From Candidatus Latescibacterota bacterium (GTDB lineage: Bacteria; Latescibacterota; UBA2968; UBA8231), in the NCBI GenBank assembly GCA_965215195.1, contig CBDCDC010000002.1, positions 3,552,001 to 3,616,000 of the forward strand: DNA of 64,000 nucleotides, given 5' to 3'. Positions 60,142 through 64,000 of this stretch are shown here, piece after piece. The stretch's first letter is position 1. The number at the start of each line of letters is the position of its first letter. The translations under genes were made by a program, and so were the position numbers. The notes under the pieces are model-generated. The model saw only the letters and a list, made by a program, of their open reading frames with translations, was not told the origin of the DNA and made no database searches.

Positions 60142-61023
60142 ATGATGCAGGAACCGCAAATCGCTCAACACCCAACGGAGATATTCGGCTATTCTTTTGT
60201 GGATTTTTCCGCCGAGGCCCAAGCGGCAAGACAAGAACAGTTTTGTCCTTTTCTATGTGGCGAATGCAAGAAGCCTCGAAAGAGCCAACCAGAAATAAAA
60301 ATAGGCGTCTGCTCAGTGGGCTATAAGGGGAGGTTCCTCGAGAAAATATCCCCGATTATCATCTGTCCCTATAGAATAGGGCAAAAAATTGTCTATAACA
60401 CCATTGAAGAATTGTATTTCCCAGCGAGCTCGTCAGAAGATGAAGTACGGTGGGCTTCAGAAGTATCGTGTGGTGTCGCAGGTAGTATAGATTTTGTAGC
60501 TGCAAAAATTGGCGATAGAGGGATTGAAGATTTTATCTGTGTCGAATTTCAAGCAGCCGGCACGACGGGAACTCCTTGGGAAGCAGTTTTAGACTTTCAA
60601 CGCAGAGCCACATTCAGCAAAGAAGCTTATGGATATGGAATAAATTGGGCGAATGAATTTGCGAAAACGATGATGCAGCAGGTGTACAAGAAGGGAATGG
60701 TCGTCGAGTCTTGGGGGACAAAAATAGTATTCGTTCTTCAAGATGTCGGCCTTGATTATATTCAGTGTACCACTGATGCCAGCGATTTACATGAAGCAAC
60801 CGATGGGGATCCTATCCACTTTTGTACGTTCAAGATGGTCTGGAGCGAGAGCCGATCTACGTGGAAATTGGCTTTTGATAAGAGGGTTGGAACAAATACC
60901 GAGGGAATACGAAAGATTCTAGGAGGCGCACATGAAGATACATTTCCAACAATTGATGAATTCAAAAATAACATAAATTATAGACTGGAGCTAAATTCGG
61001 AGGCTCAAAGGAGTCTTTTCTAA
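60142..61023 (+). CDS. NotI-family type II restriction endonuclease
   Basis: CPF...CKKPRKS...GVCSV...IICPYR Cys cluster, IDFV...VEFQAAGTTG; low GC. Confidence 0.8.
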   Translation: MMQEPQIAQHPTEIFGYSFVDFSAEAQAARQEQFCPFLCGECKKPRKSQPEIKIGVCSVGYKGRFLEKISPIIICPYRIGQKIVYNTIEELYFPASSSEDEVRWASEVSCGVAGSIDFVAAKIGDRGIEDFICVEFQAAGTTGTPWEAVLDFQRRATFSKEAYGYGINWANEFAKTMMQQVYKKGMVVESWGTKIVFVLQDVGLDYIQCTTDASDLHEATDGDPIHFCTFKMVWSESRSTWKLAFDKRVGTNTEGIRKILGGAHEDTFPTIDEFKNNINYRLELNSEAQRSLF

Positions 61024-62061
61024 TCGTCGTCGGGCGATTTTTATATAATTTCCGCTCAATTCGATCCCCATACCGCGTCTATGTAATAGGTTGGCCGCTA
61101 CTAACGTGCTACCTGTTCCCATAAATGGATCGAGTACTATACCGTTCTCTCTACTAGTTGCCTTAATCGGAATTTGCAACAGCTCAATGGGAAACACCGC
61201 GTAATGCGCGTCTTTTCTCCACTCATCTTCCGGGACTATGTTCCACACGTCGGAAGGAATATAGCCCTTAGCCTTACTCGTCAAAATGAAGTACCCTTTT
61301 TTTTGCAACTCTTTGGCTCTTCCGCTTACGTTGCCATCATTGCTGTGATACGTGCGTTGTGTACCTCTAATCGTCATTCTGAAATCGACGAGTTCGCCGG
61401 CGCGAATTTTTTTTAGCGTCTCGTCGAGAGCGTTTATCGCTGCTTCTTTTTCGCTCTGATTCAAGGCATCCGAGTTGAGAATTTGCTGGCGATATTTTTT
61501 TCCACTTACGCCGGTCGCAGATACTACCTCTTTGCCGTTCACTTTGGGGAGTTTAGTAGGTTTGATTCTTATACTATCTGCATCGTAATAGTATCTCTTG
61601 TTTTTTACAAAGTGAAAGACATGCTCATACATATCTCTCAGTCTATCTTTAGCACTTTGCGTTCCCTTTAGCTGGTGCCATATTACGTCGTTGCGCAGAA
61701 TCCATCCATCCTCCTGCATCGCGATGGCAACGCGCCAAGGCATTCCCATCAAGTTCTTATTATGATATTTATCGCCAAGGTTCAGCCATACTGAACCCGT
61801 CTTTTTTAAGATTCGTTTAATTTGTTTAAAAATACCTGCAATGGTATCGACGTATTCTTTAGGGGTCTTTTCCGCACCAATTAACGCGCCTAGATTTTCG
61901 CTTAGGTCGTAATCTCTTAACTGCCAGTAGGGAGGCGACGTCACTACGCAGTCAATACTTTCATCGGGTATCCGTTCAATTATCTCTATACAATTGCCTT
62001 GCAATAGGCCAGCGTCCCGCTCGCCATCAATAATCTGCCGAATGATGTGATCGTTATCCAT
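60991..62061 (-). CDS. Beta-class DNA amino-methyltransferase (probably N4-cytosine)
   Basis: Motif IV TSPPY precedes motif I LDPFMGTG; HYAVFP. Confidence 0.92.
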   Translation of the reverse strand: MDNDHIIRQIIDGERDAGLLQGNCIEIIERIPDESIDCVVTSPPYWQLRDYDLSENLGALIGAEKTPKEYVDTIAGIFKQIKRILKKTGSVWLNLGDKYHNKNLMGMPWRVAIAMQEDGWILRNDVIWHQLKGTQSAKDRLRDMYEHVFHFVKNKRYYYDADSIRIKPTKLPKVNGKEVVSATGVSGKKYRQQILNSDALNQSEKEAAINALDETLKKIRAGELVDFRMTIRGTQRTYHSNDGNVSGRAKELQKKGYFILTSKAKGYIPSDVWNIVPEDEWRKDAHYAVFPIELLQIPIKATSRENGIVLDPFMGTGSTLVAANLLHRRGMGIELSGNYIKIARRRLEKTPLSLRI

Positions 62062-62238
62062 AATAGCTTATTACCGCGTCGTTTCTGTGAGGCCAGAGTA
62101 TGCAACCAAATTGATGCAGGACGGGAACTGTGTCAAGGCAAGACGTCCCCTGCCCCACGGGCGATCACACCGCAAAGGTGCTTGCGCTCTTTACGCTTCT
62201 CACATTGACTTAGATAGACCAGAAAGGCCATCCTACCA

Positions 62239-63873
<1,635 letters not shown>

Positions 63874-63884
63874 CGGCTCCCGGC

Positions 63885-64000
63885 TCAGTGGACAATCTGC
63901 ATCAGCCGCTGCGTCATGGACCCCTCTTGGGTCAGGGCGTAGATCACGGTGTTGATTGCAAACTGTAGGATGCGGGTCGAATCGCGGCCACTGGCAAAGC
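63885..64000 (-). CDS. C-terminus of a DUF4159-like protein (partial)
   Basis: Manual translation ...TRILQFAINTVIYALTQEGSMTQRLMQIVH*. Confidence 0.6.
   Translation of the reverse strand, partial: FASGRDSTRILQFAINTVIYALTQEGSMTQRLMQIVH

Noticed and set aside
60991-62061. This MTase as the cause of the CCWGG depletion
   Set aside because: It is an amino-MTase (SPPY), not a C5 MTase, and it looks recently acquired, whereas the depletion is embedded in core genes.

Overview
GC-rich bacterial window, probably from an FCB-superphylum organism resembling Candidatus Latescibacterota. This taxonomy is inferred from gene content, not from a search. 1-15 kb is core genome: an envelope operon (TPR protein, sigma-54 activator, DegP, Xaa-Pro peptidase), then ispE, tRNA-Gln, rplY, pth, hppA, rpsF, DUF2232, rplI and selC. 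15-44.5 kb is an accessory region starting right after selC. It holds glycan-active genes, a three-layer IS nest, MITEs and gene fragments. It also holds the most interesting feature: a cell-surface module made of a small secreted protein with a C-terminal 'TAVExxSWGxIK' tag, a terminator, paralogous discoidin/FlgD-Ig proteins ending in VxxxY, a 902-aa predicted outer-membrane protein and a PpiC foldase lipoprotein. 44.5-64 kb is mixed metabolism (M20 peptidase, PhyH, two Ldh_2, gap, MntR-like regulator, ogt, MscS, dCMP deaminase, ALS), a TA pair and a low-GC NotI-family restriction-modification pair. CCWGG appears strongly depleted in the core DNA. All family calls come from motif recognition by eye.
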